Positions 15,406-36,200 of a stretch of 64,000 nt of DNA are shown here, one piece after another. The DNA comes from the human T2T-CHM13v2.0 reference genome, Homo sapiens: assembly GCF_009914755.1 (NCBI RefSeq), contig NC_060930.1; one strand, 5' to 3'. Under the pieces are notes generated by a model that was not told the DNA's origin, searched no databases, and worked only from the letters and a program-made list of their open reading frames with translations. Both the position numbers and the translations under genes were made by a program. Numbering within the stretch: position 1 is the stretch's first letter; each line of letters opens with the position of its first letter.

Positions 15406-18400
15406 TTTTGAGAGTTTCAGAGAAGCATAAGACCTAGGCTTGGCACTTCCCCAGACACAGAAAGCCAGATTTTTCCCCATGTGGAATGGGTAGGTGGGAC
15501 CAGCATTTCATAAATCTGGGTATTACACAAGATGGGGGACAAGCCACCTTTAAGGATAAGAGGCAAAGGAAGAACCAATAACAATTCTACCGACCTGCAA
15601 AAAACTATTAGCACCTGCTAGTGTAATATGCAGCTGGCAGTTTCAGAATAACCGAGAAAGCAGTTCCTTCTGATCGATATTTGCTGGGGACAGCAATTTC
15701 TGACCTACTGAATCAGATCAAGATCATCTGAGTCATTTGACCAAAGTAGCCTCTTTGTGCTAACAGTACAGTGGCTAAGGGAGGTCTCTTTTAATTAAAC
15801 GAAGGGGTCTTCCCACAGTCTGCCTTTTACAATCGTCACTGCTTTAAGGTTTCAAGAGCTATCACAAAGGAATAAGCAAATCACAACATATGAAACGAAT
15901 CACAGACAGAAATAGGCTTATAATTTATCAGTGAGACACACAGTGACATTGCCATGTGGCTGCTCCATTCTTCTTGGGGAAAGGCAGGAGGGAGAAGAGG
16001 GAGAGAGGAGAGAAAGAAGGAAAGGTACCCTACAGTATTTAGATGGTCTTCAAATGTTCATAATTTCCTTAGGGTGTGCTCGTTGCCAAGTTGACAGATG
16101 TTGCAGGAAAAACCTGTACTATTCTGAAGAAAGGCTAACCTTTCAAGAGAGGAAGAGGGGGAGGGAAGCAGCCCATCCATTCGGTGAAGGGATGACATTA
16201 AACTGGACAGCAAACCACCCTTAACATGCTGGATCTTTGAAAGGCTGTGTGATAACACTGCCAAAGAAAACTGTTCTGGAAGAAATCTCATTTCACTATG
16301 GTTTTCCTTGCCATAAGTTTAAATTTGTTTTTAACACTAAATATTAGAACTCCTTAGACAAGAAAATGATGATTATTACTTTTCATACCACCATGACTCC
16401 AAGTGATAAGTTGCACAACACTCCTCTAAGGGAAGCCATGGGTATGCCATATTACACTTTCTCCTGTTTGCCTACTTTCTTTTTCATTCATTCCTTCTTG
16501 TTTTATACACACACACACACACACACAAAACTACACACCACACATATTTACATATATATATAAAGAGAAACAGTTTTTTTCAAAGCAGTCACTGTCAATT
16601 CTTTCATCCCAGTCTTCCCACTGGGTGCAAACTTACACTGCTCTTCTGCTTGCTTGGTCCTTGACATTTCCTAAAAAGAGCCTTCTAACAAAGGATTGCG
16701 AATGCTGTGTATTAGTATATGAGACAAAATGGTAGTTTTACAAAGCCCTGGCCCTTTCCCACCAAACGAGAAGGAAGAAAGCACATTAAGACTTCCTTGT
16801 TTAGGATCCTCAGCTGTTAAGTCAGTCAGTGCAGCAAAATCAGCATTCTGGCTGATAAGGACGGAGAAGAGACAGCCAAGCTATATCCCTTCTCACTGTA
16901 CATTGCCTTGGTCCTCTTCCTGGGGAGGATTGCATCTCCAAGATACTCTTCCGTTATTTCCAACTCTAAACCTCCTGCTTAAAAATCCACATGCTCTTGC
17001 TCACTAATGTGACTATTAGTCATTTTTTCCTGTGCCCTAGTTATACCTAATGTTTTTGTCAGCTGTGACTTACCTAATGCATTCTTGAGGAAGGCAGATT
17101 AACTAACCTATCCCTTTAAAGATTAACAGCAACATGCCATAAGGAAAATTATACCTCCAGCATGAAAATCTGCAATTGGGGAACCATTTTACAGGATCAC
17201 ATTCATTTATATCAATTATCTTGTTTATCAAAGACAATGAAACACCAACTGGTAGTAAAAAGGTACAGAGGGTACAGTGAGGAATAATTAGGTCTTACCC
17301 ACCCAGAGGCCAATAGCCATTTACCGCTCCATTTTGGGGAGTGACGTTTACAGCGTCTGTTTTATAACTCACTTCACATTAACTTTGAAATGTCAAAAGC
17401 AGGCAGTTAATTGTTTATTATACAAAATGTCACAAATGTAAAGCACTGAGATATAAAATTATTATAACTGATTTACTACAAGAAATCCTGCCTTTTAGCT
17501 TTTATAGCTTGTTTGACAGTCTCTGGATCTCAGCTTAACTACCATAATGTAGCCTGTGTGTGCCAGACAGTTACTGTCTGATAAATAATCTTTTCTTCAC
17601 GTACTATATCCTCAAGACAATTGAAAAATAAAAATAACATGATATGAAAATTACTAATATGGTTTAAAGTAATATGTACTCAGAAGAAGGGGAGATGTCT
17701 GAATAGTAACATCATGTGTTCTGATTTCATTCTAGCTGAGACTGAGATTCAGAGAATCATGACACAAAGCTTATCGAAGTAGTTTAACAAGATTGGGTGT
17801 GCACTGCCCAAGTTCTCCAAAGCTGCTACAGGTCTACAATAACATTATGTATCTACTCTAAAATCTTTGGGTCATGAAATTACACAGCAGCATGATAATT
17901 TTTTCCCATCACCTGCCAAATTTACAGAAACCAAATCCCCTCCCTCTGCTAACCACTATTTCAATTTTGCCATTTTGCCAAACCTACCCTTTCGGGCAAT
18001 CCCCTTGTCTTTAGGCTCAAAGAACTCAGTTTTCCTCTAGAGCCATAAAAATCAAACAGATGGGAAGAAAAAGGGTGCAGAGGGACAGAAGGGATAAAGT
18101 AGGAGTAGAACAAAGCAGTGTGTCTCCATGGGGAAGGAAAGAAGAGCCAAGGAAGCCAGCTGGGTAGGGGTGAGTGTGAGGTCAGGAATGCTCCTTAAAA
18201 TTCTATTAGATACAACTTATACATCATATGTTTTGTGGCAAAAATTTAGTAAAACAAATAAATGACAATAGATATCAGTGGACTACTGAACTTCTGTTTA
18301 CAGTCGTCAATTTCCATATGAGAGAAAACACACCATTTTGTACTTATAGTAGGTTAACTCTCCCTCCTAGTATTGCTGAGGTCTTAGATATATGTTAATT

Positions 18401-18499
18401 TGCTTGGCTAATTCACACAACTGGTGAAGGCCTGGTAAGAATCTCACAAGCATGTGATTCACCAAATCATAAAATTAATAGTTAAAAATTACTCTGTAA

Positions 18500-18817
<318 letters not shown>

Positions 18818-20042
18818 TTAGTTCAAAAAACGGATAATTTACATCTTGTTATACATTGGTCCAGAAAACAGAAAAAGAGGGAAAGCTGTTCAAGCCATTT
18901 TAATATAGCTTTGTTTATAAAAACAGCTTAGAGATAGGCCAAGAAAATAAATTTATAGACCCATTTTATTTAAGGAAACAGATGCAAAAATTCTAAAATA
19001 CGCATTAGCCAACCAAAGCCAATAATTACTTATAGAAAACGTCATGTCTAGGCAGCAGGTGTCCTAGGAATGCAAGTATGGGTCATCATTAGAACATCTA
19101 TCATTTCAGTGGATTAAAGAAAAAATGCTCAGTGATTTGAGCAAAAGAGTGTTCTATTAGATTATTCTGACTGAAGTGTGGAGAAGGATGAGAAGGACTA
19201 GAGAAGCTGCAGGGCCTGCTGAGCAGACAGACTATGGCAACAGGGAGAAGAGGTGATGGTAGCTTGTACTAGGGTAACAGCAGTAGTGGTGGTGAGAAAC
19301 TGACCAGGAATCACAGCAGTGATATACTACTTTATGGCCTTCATAATGGCAAAGGGTACGTGGGAGGAAAAGGGCTCTTTTGTACTCCTGGCCCTGGGAG
19401 TATGAACTGACAGGAAGACAATCTGGAAGTATGAAGCAAAATTAAATATGTGCATACTTTAGTACTCAGGCATCTCACTTTTGGATAAAGGTCCCAGAGA
19501 AACTAACACACAGGTGCAAAGGAGATAGACACAAGGAAATTCATTGCAGTCCTGTTTTGGAGAACAGGAAGCTGAAGACAACCTAGGTTTCCATCACCAG
19601 GGGAATCAATGAATGAAACACGAGAAAAATAATGGCACCTACCTTGTGAGACTGTTGCAAGGGTTAAATGACTTTATGTAAATTGCTTAGAACAGTGATG
19701 ACATACGGTAAGGACTATATAAATTTGCTAATAATATATTTGTAATTATTATGATGGAACATTAAGTAACATTAAGACACATGATGTATAAATCTTAATA
19801 CTGGGTGAGAAAGTATAAAAAAGAATAAGATCTATAACATAAAAACATTTCTGAAAATTAAAACACATATACAAAATTGCCCAATATTATAGATTTTACA
19901 AGAATAGGAGTATATTAAGGAAATAAACATACTAGAGATGGTATCATAAAGAGAAGGGAACAGAAGCAGGATTCAAAGAAGAAAAAATATGAATAAAAGA
20001 GAAGGTATTGCATGGAAAACTAAGGATGGCATATACGATTAA

Positions 20043-20416
<374 letters not shown>

Positions 20417-20549
20417 TCATTAGGTTAGTTTTTTTCATTTTAGAAATTAAGGCTCAGAAAGATTGTCTTATTTATTACATAGTAAATCAGCAGCAGAGTG
20501 GAAACCAGGATTTGGGTTGATCTTCTGGTCCTCAGAATGCAACACATCA

Positions 20550-21290
20550 TTCCACTTATTCATTCATTCAACACTTACTGAGTATCAGGGTTCCAAACGC
20601 TGGGAATACAGCAGTGAACAAAACAGACAGGCTCTTCTATTATCGAACCATGTAAATAAATGTATAGTTACAAATGAAACTAAGTGCTCTGAAAGAAAAA
20701 AACTCCACATCTATAAGCATCATACTAAGAAACTTTACCAAGACTAGGGGTAGGGGGGGTCAGGGAAGCCTTTTCTGAAGAAGTGACATTAATCTGAAAC
20801 TTAAAGGTATAACAGAAGGTCATCTTAAATAAAAGGGGTGGGGTTTGACAAAGTGAGAGGAAGGATAAGGAGAGGGTGAGGGGCATTCCAGAGCGAACAG
20901 CAAGTGCAAAGACACTGTGGTCAGAGAATGAATGGTGTATTTTTGAAATGGAAAGGCCTGTGTGGCTGGAATACAGAAAGCTAGATGAGAATTGGTATAA
21001 AATGAAGCAAATATGCAGGCATCATACCATGCAGGGCCTTGAGCGCCATGGTGAAGATTTTGAGCTTTCTCCTGAGGGCAACAGAAAGTCTCTGAGTGAT
21101 TTCGCGTAAGAGAGCATCCCGATAAGACAACGCTGGGGGGAGCGTGGAGAACAGCAAAAAAAGACTAGGGAGGACATGAGACCAGTAAGTAGACAGAAAT
21201 GACAACGGTGAGGAGAGGTGGTGGTGGCTTGCGCTAGGGTGGCAGTAGCAGTAGTGACAAGAAGGAACAGATTTGTCATTTGGAATATAG
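20550..21290 (-). mobile_element. L2 fragment
   Basis: cattcattcaacacttactgag 3' end followed by typical L2 3' sequence. Confidence 0.7.
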
Positions 21291-22239
21291 TATCAATATA
21301 AAAGTTTTCTATAATTAGAAAATCTCTCTGATCATGTATATTTTACTTGTGTTTCCACAGCTTACTGAGGTTTTACTGAGATGTGCTTCCAACTTTTTAT
21401 AACAGGCATCTACTGAACATTAATTCATCAAAGAATCACTGCAAAAAAAAAAAAAAACAGCTGGTGTTGCGGGTAGGGGTATCCTCCTCCTCTACTTTCC
21501 CCACAGCCGTGGGGCCTGTCTGTACTACTGACAGTTCTGAATTGAGAACTCAATCAACTCATGTTTGATATTTTACAGAGTCATTTCCTGAAGATTCCAA
21601 TTCAAACATTCTAGCACCTTCTGCACTTTTACACCTCACTTGAGTCCCTCACTTTTACATTCGGCTTTATTACCACTTTAGTTGATTTCATCACAGCTTC
21701 ATGGAAAACAACTTCACCAAGGACCATTTCCTGTCATTACAGGGGCAGAATTGAAGTAATCCCCTGCTTGAGCACTAGGTAGTTTTTATGATAATTTTAC
21801 CACAGGTAATGTTGTGATTTTTAAGTATATTTCCCTCTTGTAGCACTGTACCAAATCCTGTCTTAAAAAAAAATAAGTATCTAATGCAGCTATAAAAGAA
21901 ACACACCCATCTTCACAATATTAACGAGCCAATAAATTTAAAGAGATTGCTGTGGCCCAGACTGGCTCACCCACCAGGCTTCCACTCCTATACAATCATT
22001 TCTTTTTATGCAAAACGGTGACAAGCCCAAGCCCTGTTATATCGGATTATGAAGCAGGAAGGGGCCAGCAGGTTTAGAGGCCCCTTCCCAAAACTGTATA
22101 CAGCAGTCTGCCCCCATAGCCTCCAAATACTAAAGGTTTCTTTTGGTTCACAAAGCACAGCCCCACATCACTATTTTAATAAGTAATACTGTAATGCCCC
22201 AAAGACTGCCAAAATCTTTTCTTCCAGTGCCCTCTCCCA

Positions 22240-22510
22240 TTTTCAACATCTTTCCTGAGACATAACTGACATATAATAAACTGCACATATTTTAAGTGTA
22301 CAATGTGAGTCCTGATATATGTAGACACTCGTGAAACCATCAGCACAATCCAGATAACAAAGCTTTCCATCATCCCCTGCCCATTTGTAATTCTTCCCCC
22401 AAGCTTCAGAGATCTGTAGATCTGCTTTCGTTGTCACAGATTAGTTTGCATTACTTAGAATTGTACATAAATAGAATCACACAGTACATATTTTTTCATT
22501 TGGTATCTAT
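22240..22510 (-). mobile_element. Old L1M (L1MB/MC-like) 3' fragment
   Basis: aataaactgcacatattttaagtgtacaat...agattagtttgcatt motif. Confidence 0.7.
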
Positions 22511-22914
22511 CATCTAGATTCTCAACTCTTGGTTTATTCAGTAGAATCATCAGGTGTATCGCCACATTTCATGAAGAAATTACCCTGTCTCACCCAGAAA
22601 TAGGACTTTTCTTAGTTTAGTGGCTATATTTGGGAGCGCGTGGAGTGCTGAGGCGCACCAGAAGGCACTGCTGCTGGCCCTGCACATCCTGCCTTGTCCC
22701 TCACTTAAAGTAGGCAATGTGGAAATAACTTTTTTAAAATTAACTTTTTTCTGATTTTAAAAGTAACACATATTCACTGAAAATATGTAATACTTTCATT
22801 CATAGAAAATATATAAATACAGGAAAATGTAATAAAAACCCAATAATCTCTGGTAATCCCATAATCTAGAAAACGTGTGAACATTTAGATGTTCTTCCTT
22901 ACAATTTTACGCAC

Positions 22915-23247
22915 TATTATGGACTGAACTGTGTCCTCCCAGAATTCATATACTGAAGCTTCACCCCTAACTTAGAATGTTACTGTATTAGGAGACAGGG
23001 GCTTTAAAGAGGAAATTAAGGGTAGGGCACTAATCCAATATGACTGATGTCCTTATAAGAAGAGGAAGAAACACCACAGGCCACTCAGACAGAGGAAGGG
23101 CTATGTGAGGGTATAGCGAGAAGGTGGCCATTTACATGCCAAGGAGAGAGACCTTAGAAGAAACCAAACCTGGCAATACCTTGATCTTGATCTTGGACTT
23201 TCAGCCTCCAGAACTGTGAAAAAAATATATTTCGGCCATTTAAGCCA

Positions 23248-23294
<47 letters not shown>

Positions 23295-23319
23295 ATGGCT
23301 GTCCTAGCAAATTCATACA
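22915..23319 (+). mobile_element. MLT1 (MaLR) solo LTR containing a (TG)n tract
   Basis: ctaatccaatatgactgatgtccttataagaagagg; ggactttcagcctccagaactgtga. Confidence 0.85.
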
Positions 23320-23344
23320 TGCAATTAAAAATACGTATATTTGG

Positions 23345-26564
<3,220 letters not shown>

Positions 26565-28107
26565 TTACTTATGTACTTCTGTATTGTTTGATTTTTGATG
26601 AGACATGACTTTGTCTTATTTATATACATATAAAACATTTTTAATGAAAAATATTTGCCAATTAAACAAGCCAAAAAATGGTATTTTGTTTCGATAAGCA
26701 CTTAATTATTAGCGAGGCAAAACGCTTTCAAGTTTATGGACTATTACGTTTTTCTTTCTTTTTAAATAACTGCTGTTTATATACATTTTCTGTAAGGGAA
26801 TCATCTTTTTTTTGTACTTATTTTGTCATGTATGTTGCAATTATTTTTTCCCAGTTTGTCAAACACCTTTGAATTCTGTTTATGGTTTCTGCCTTTGCTT
26901 TTGTGCTGAGGAAGTTGTTCCTCACCTTGAGATAAGATAAATACGTATTAATACAGTTTCCTACAGCTCTTTTGGAGTCACATTGTAAAATCTACCTCTT
27001 TAACAAGAAATGCTTTTGTATCTAGCATGAGGAAAAAATTTCATGTAACTGTTTGCAATTGTTAACTGTCTCACTTGCTGTGTTATCCTTCGGTTCTTAA
27101 CTGATGTGAGATGTCACCTTTATCTCACATTATATTCTTACACATACTGGGATCTAATTCAGAGTTTGGATGATTGCTTTATTTATCTACCAGTTTGTTC
27201 TTGCATTAATGCCACATTACTATGCAGCACTAATTTTAACACCTGCTGGGAATAGACCCCTCATTCATTTTTTATTTTTTATTTTTTTCAGGCTTTTTTA
27301 AGGGGATGGGGAGAAGGAAAAGATATTTTTACTTATTTATTCTCTTGGAAAATATTTTAAAATAACTGAGCAAAATATTAAAAAAACACACACATAACTG
27401 GGATTTTGAGTAGTAGTACTGTATTAAATTTATACATTAAAATGGGAAGAACCAACATCTTTGCAATATTAAATTTTCCTATCCAGGAATATTTCTTTCC
27501 ATTGTTCAGTGCTCTTTAAAAATTTATAGTTTCTTTACATTAAAGCCTGTGGATTTAGTAACTTTTTTCCAAGGTAGGCATTTGTTGTTTGTGGGAGAAA
27601 CAATTTAAAAACTCCAGCAGATCTCCTTGTCATGCTTACTTCACAGCAACAGAATTTGTGACTGCACATCATCCTACTGCCTCCCACCATTGTTCTAGAC
27701 CGTTATCCCATCTCTAATGGCATGAGGTAGGTCAGGGGTGGATGGTTCTTGGTAATATGGCTAGTGATGGAGTAGAAAGAAGGCAAAGGCATTCCAAGAA
27801 GCACCAATGACCAATCTCAGATGCAGATGCTGGCCATGTAAAGATGTTCCTGCTTCTATCATATCCTTTTTCACTTTTGTTATTACCCTGTATTAGCCAA
27901 ATACACATGCTGAAAATAATGATGTAAAAAGAAAGGGCAAGATAGGGCCACCCATAGGTCCCTTCCCTTAAGTCTTTCCTTATTCATCAAAAAGTCAAAG
28001 GTAGAGAGTATCAGTAAAATGTGCAAGTATTACGAAGTGAAATAAAAACAGTTAAGTTAGTTTTGTGCAGTATTTTCACTCTTCTGGTAAAAACTTAGAT
28101 ACATGTA

Positions 28108-29364
<1,257 letters not shown>

Positions 29365-29570
29365 AGCTGTACGCATTTACATTTACCTAGACACACACAT
29401 CCATACTACTATATGTATCCATCCTTATAATAATAAGGGAATACATAAGTAGAGCCCAAAAATTCAATCCTGTAAAATAAAGTAAATCCTATAAAACAAG
29501 AGCAGTAAAAATTTTTTTCCCGGCAATCTTTATTCTTAAAAAAAAATGGAAAGGATAATAAGATACATAT

Positions 29571-30755
<1,185 letters not shown>

Positions 30756-30980
30756 CATATGTACACACTGACCACATACTAAGCTGAGAACCCTAGAAGG
30801 GAAAAGTGAAAGGCTACAGCTCACTGTAACTTCTACTCCAATTCCTCCATCAGGTGCAAGGTGGTCCACTAGAAGGGGCTCTGCCTGTGGAGTGGGTCGG
30901 AAATAAGCTTTTGCACACACTGACCATTTTGTGTGAATCTCTCCTGAGCTTCCCCACTCTTCCCTTCCTTAAGGACTGAC

Positions 30981-31357
30981 TGTATTATTCCATTCTCATG
31001 CTGCTATGAAGAAATACCCGAGACTGAGTAATTTAGTAAAGAAAAGAGGTTTAATTGACTCATAGTTCTGCATGGCTGGGAAGGCCTCGGGAAACTTATA
31101 ACCATGGCAGAAGGGGAAGGAGAAGAAAGGCACCTTCTTCACATGGCAGAAGGAGGGAGAAGTGCCGAAAAAAGGGGGAAGTCCCCTTATAAAACCATTA
31201 GCTCTTGTGAGAACTCACTCACTATCACAAGAACAGCATGGGGGTAACTGCCCCCATGATTCAATTACCTCCCACCGGGTCCCTCCCACAACATGTGGGA
31301 TTATGGGAACTACAATTCAAGATGAGATTTGGATGGGGATACCGCCAAACCATATCC
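30981..31357 (-). mobile_element. THE1 (C/D-like) solo LTR
   Basis: THE1 LTR sequence; 5-bp TSD ctgac at 30976-30980 and 31358-31362. Confidence 0.9.
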
Positions 31358-32775
31358 CTGACCCAATTTATACCCTCCACTAGGAGGTCTTCCTGATACC
31401 AGTACCCCAGCTCTGGTTAGTGCCCCCTGTTCAGTGTTCCTACAGCATCTGCTGAAACTTCCCGATACATGACTTATTTTACTGAGTTGTCACCTTCTGT
31501 TTAAGTGTCTTTCTTCTCTATTAGCTCTTAAGATCCTTCAAGGCAGAAACTACACCCATGTGTCTTTCTCTCCCCTGTGTCTAAGATACACTCAGCAGCC
31601 TCTTAATAAATGTCTGCTTAATGCCAAGAAATTTACAGTAGCTAAAGAAGTTAAGCTTTACTGACAAGCAGAACCAGCCTTAATATCTGGTTAGAGAAAT
31701 AGGACTTGGAAAAGCACAGCCTCCTGGTCTAGACTAGTTCAGACTCACTAGTGCCACTGTAGGAAACTATCTGCATTAAGGCCCTTAAGGCCCCTCTGCC
31801 AAGCCAGGAAGTTTGCTTCTTTGCCACATTCTAACACCTTCATCTGCTACTGAACTTCCTCACACCCAAATCTCTGTTTCTGCTCCAGAGGACATTCACT
31901 TTACTAAACACAGTTGTGAAGCACAGAAGTTGTGTTATACGTCTAGGTCACTGGATGCCAAAAACCCTTAACAGCCCAGATTTCCAACTCTGTTTACTTT
32001 CCCAAAAATTTTACAGCATTCTAAACATACTGTTACAATCTCAAAATAGTTTTAAATGACAGTAGTAACCATAGACAACCTATTTCTATTTACTATCTTC
32101 AGCTCCTCTGAGGGAAACGGTATTATTGCTATGTAAATTAGCACTTCTGTAATGCTCCTTAATATTTACTGAATTTTCCAAGGCCTAGCTCAAAATACCA
32201 TTCTTCATGAAGCCTTATCTTACTAGGCAAGAGATACGTTCAGTTCCTTTGCAGCCCAAATCAATACTTAACCTTTCTCCACACCTGTTTATGCCTTTGT
32301 CTGTTGTTCTCCACTCCACTTATTTCCATACCTTGCCAATGTGACTGTCCGGCTACTTTGAATCAGATGGTAAGTTTCCTGTTGGAAGGAGCCCCCTTTA
32401 CAGTGCCTGTCTTCCGGTCTTTGTGCCAGGAATCTGTTTTCTTTCAGCTCTATTCCTTCCCTTGTCCTACACTGGATCTCAGAGGCTAAACCTTTGAAAA
32501 CTACGGTTTCCCAGACTCCCCTTACCAGCCTGTTTTTTTGTTCTGCCAACAGAAGAGACTGGTGGAAGACTGAAATATAGGAGGAAGGAAAAAGACATGT
32601 TCTTGTCTATTTGTTTCCGGTGGTACTGAAGGTAGCAGCAGGTGAATATGGACTCCGGTGTTTCTGTTCAGATAGCACAGTTCCAGTGGTGGCAGCAGTA
32701 GTAAGTGTACCGACAGCTTCAGCAACAGAGTTCTTGTGCTTCTGCTGCTGATTTTGGTTGCCCTAGATCCAATCC

Positions 32776-33115
32776 CAGTAGTCCCCCCTTATCTGCAGGG
32801 GATATGTTCCAAGATGCCCAGTGGATGTCTGAAACTTCATGTAGTACCAAACTCAATATACACTATGTTTTTCACTACACAGTAACAGGCAGCTAGCATA
32901 TACAGCATGGATACACTGGACAAACAGATGATTCACATCCCTGGTGGAGCAGAGTGGGATGGCACAAGATTTCATCATGCTACCAGGAATGGCATGCAGT
33001 TTAAAACTTATGAATTGTTTATATCTGGGATTTTCCATTTAATATTTTTGGACCACAGTTGACTACAGGTAAATGAAACCACGGAAAGCAAAACCACAGA
33101 TAAGGGGGTCTACTG
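32776..33115 (-). mobile_element. MER44A-like Tigger MITE
   Basis: TIRs cagtagtccccccttatctgc / cacagataagggggtctactg; ~340 bp. Confidence 0.88.
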
Positions 33116-33499
33116 TACAGAACAAAAAGTTACCAGTCTTCCTGGATCCATGCTGGTAAGACACAAAAGTAACACTTTAACGGCCTAAAGCTGATAATAG
33201 AATCTTATTCCTATTCTTTGAAAGGGTTAAAGAAACCATAATTTTGAACCTAGAGCTCTATGCCCTAGTTATTATCTCTCAAGCAGAGAGGTAGAACCAG
33301 GGACAAGGATGAGAGGGACATATGAGAACTTCTATTTTCCAGGAGAACCAGGAGACCTTAGGAAGCACAACCAGACTTCTGTAATGCTGAATGCCACACT
33401 CTAATCTCAGTGTAAAGTGTTTACTGCTCCCCCAAGTCTTACTAAAAGCATATTCTCTATTCACCTAGAAGACTCATAAGAAGAGAAGAGCCATTTAAA

Positions 33500-36200
33500 A
33501 AAGAAAAAAGGGAATGCAAATGGCCCTTAAACATATGAAAAGATGCTCAATTTCTCTCCTAAGAGAAATGCAGTTAAAATTGCACTGAGATACCATTTCT
33601 CACCTATCGAACTGGCTAAAGTCCAGAAGTTTGACAACATGCTCTGCTGGCAAGGCTGTGGGGAAACAGTCTTTATCATACAATACCAGGGAGAATTTAA
33701 AAATGTTATAATCCCTGTGAAAGTGAATTTGGCAATATCCAGGAAAATTCTATGTGCATTTACTCTTTGATCATACAATCCCTTCTCTAGAAATCTATCC
33801 CAAAGATATATTGGCAAAAATAGGAAAAGACTTATACACAAGGCAATAGCACTATTTGTAGTAGTGGAAGATTGAAAACAACCCAAACGGTTCATCAATA
33901 GAAAACTGTTTATTTAACATCAGTTAAATAAACGATGGTATATCTATACTAATGAGGACCATGCAGCTATAAAAAGAAACAAATAATATCTTTCTCTATA
34001 GCTAGCTCCAAAATAAGTGTTGTACAGAAAAGCAAGGTGAAACCAAGTGTGGTGGTATGTGCCTACAGTCCTGTTTGCTACTCAAGAGGATGCCTAGAGC
34101 CCAGAAGTTCTAGAACAGCCTGGGCAATAGAGCAAGACCCTGTCTCAAGAAAAAGAAAAAGAAAATAAAAGAAAAAGAAGCACAGTAAGGTAAAAAATAT
34201 ATAATATGTATGGTATATAGTGTGCTACCAATTATTTAAAGACGTTGGGAGGATACAAAATATAAATTCAGAAATAAATATATTTTCCCACTTTTAAATG
34301 GAAGGATAACAACAACAACAAACTAAAGGAGGAAAAAAAGAGATTACTTACAGAGGTAGAGAGGGCAGGAATAGAAGCTTCATTTCTCTGAATATAGCTC
34401 TTTTGCAGGTTTGATTTTGGAACAATGTAAGTATTTCACATAGTTAGGAAACAAAAGTCTTTTAAAGGCAATCCCTAAATATTGAAAGCAAAATGGAACA
34501 GATGAACCTAATTGTATACTGAAATAGTGGCATAACTACACAGAGAATCGTTGCAAGTGACTTCAAAACATAGTCATTTTACTGTATATTTCTAGAGACA
34601 GAAGGACCTAAAAATCAGTAACAAAAATCTTAAAACTCATTTCGGTAATCATATGGTTCATAGCTGTTATGTATGTATTGGGGATAGAGCAAATGAATAT
34701 TGTACTGTATCACTGATAACCAAGATTTTACCTATGAGGAAAAAGAGATGAAAGAAAGATCAAAAGCTTAAACAAAAATCTTGAATGTGAATTAGAAGTG
34801 TCAGCATATACTCATGATATATTTCATCTGCTAAATATATGTCATATAAATAATTAAGTGTATGTGCACGTATTTCCTAGTTCTGTCTACTGAAGGTCTA
34901 GAAATAGCAGCAAACACAGTAGCAAAGATCATCTACAGTATCTACACTGAGGTTTCCAAATGTCATTTTCCTCTATACGGTATCAAGCCTTCAGGAAGGA
35001 ATGGCTGATTCTAGATCAAGGGCAGGAAATGTACAAAATAAACCTAGTACATCTTGTTATGCCAGAAAGCACGGAACTATCAAGGACTACTAAAGTCTTA
35101 TCAAAAGGACTCAAAAACCAATTTGAAGAGACTAAAGATACAATGATTTGAATATCATTACTAATAACTGCAAGTGATTAAAAGATTTCAATCGTGTTTA
35201 TTCCCACAAACTCAAAATGTATGTACTTACCTCCCCCTAACAAATCCCACAAACAAACCTTTGTCACCCTTGAAGGATGCTAGGGAACCACCTCTTTATT
35301 TTGAAAACTGGTGAAGAATGTAACATTTATCCTTCTTTTCCTGAGCGAATTGTATCTCAGGGTTACTAAATGAGTGTTGAGGAAAATTTTCTCTTTCTAG
35401 GGACTAAATGAAGAAGGAATGACGTATTTGGAAAATAACCATTTGCAATCCAAAATTACGAAATAATGAACCCAGGAAATAATCATCAATGGATGTGAAC
35501 ATCCAAAACAGAGAGACAACTAGAGGTTTTCTCTGCTTCTGGATAGATACACACAACACTACCTATGGAGCATTATTACCAAAAAATAATAGTTGAATCT
35601 GATTAAGGCTCTATCTAACTACCAAGTTACAAGAAATGCAACAGATAAACATGCTAAATGTTACCACGGAAATTCAATGGCCAAAATCCAGACTGGTAGA
35701 CACTCTATACGAGAAAAGCCTAGTTTCTTAACAAATAAATAATTAGAGAAAAACAGACAAAGATAGACAGATAAATAGAAGAGAACATATAGATTTAAAG
35801 AGATTAAAGAATCACAACAGCTATTTGCCTAATATGGACCTTAACTGAGTTCTGATTTACTCAACCTATAAAAACACATTCTCACTCCAGACTTTGAAAC
35901 AATTAGGGAAATTGGAACACTGACTGCATATTTAATGCTCTTAAGGAATTACTGTTCAGTTTTAGGGTAGTATGACGGTATTGTGTTTATGGCTACAATA
36001 AGGAGGCCTTACTTTTAGATGTGTATAATAAAGTATTTATAGGTGAAATGATAAAATGTCCGAGATTAATTTCAAAATAATCTGATAGGAACAAAGTAGA
36101 TCACATACAGATAAAACTAGGTTAGCTGTGAATTGATAATTTTTTAAAGCTGGGTGATAGGTACTATTCTCTCTACTTGGATAACTAGTAGGGCATTAAA
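33500..36200 (+). mobile_element. Old L1 (L1MC-like) ORF2 end and long 3'UTR, with FLAM/FAM at ~34042-34180
   Basis: ORF2 C-terminal remnant (IALRYHFSPIELAKVQKFDNMLCWQGCGETV) and L1MC-type 3'UTR motifs. Confidence 0.75.

Noticed and set aside
22630-22682. GC-rich patch with CTCF-like gcaccagaaggcac
   Set aside because: Two mismatches at informative CTCF positions; too short for a CpG island.
27870-28105. Possible hAT-Tip100-type DNA transposon fragment
   Set aside because: The resemblance is from memory only, no TIRs are visible, and I cannot name the family without a Dfam search.
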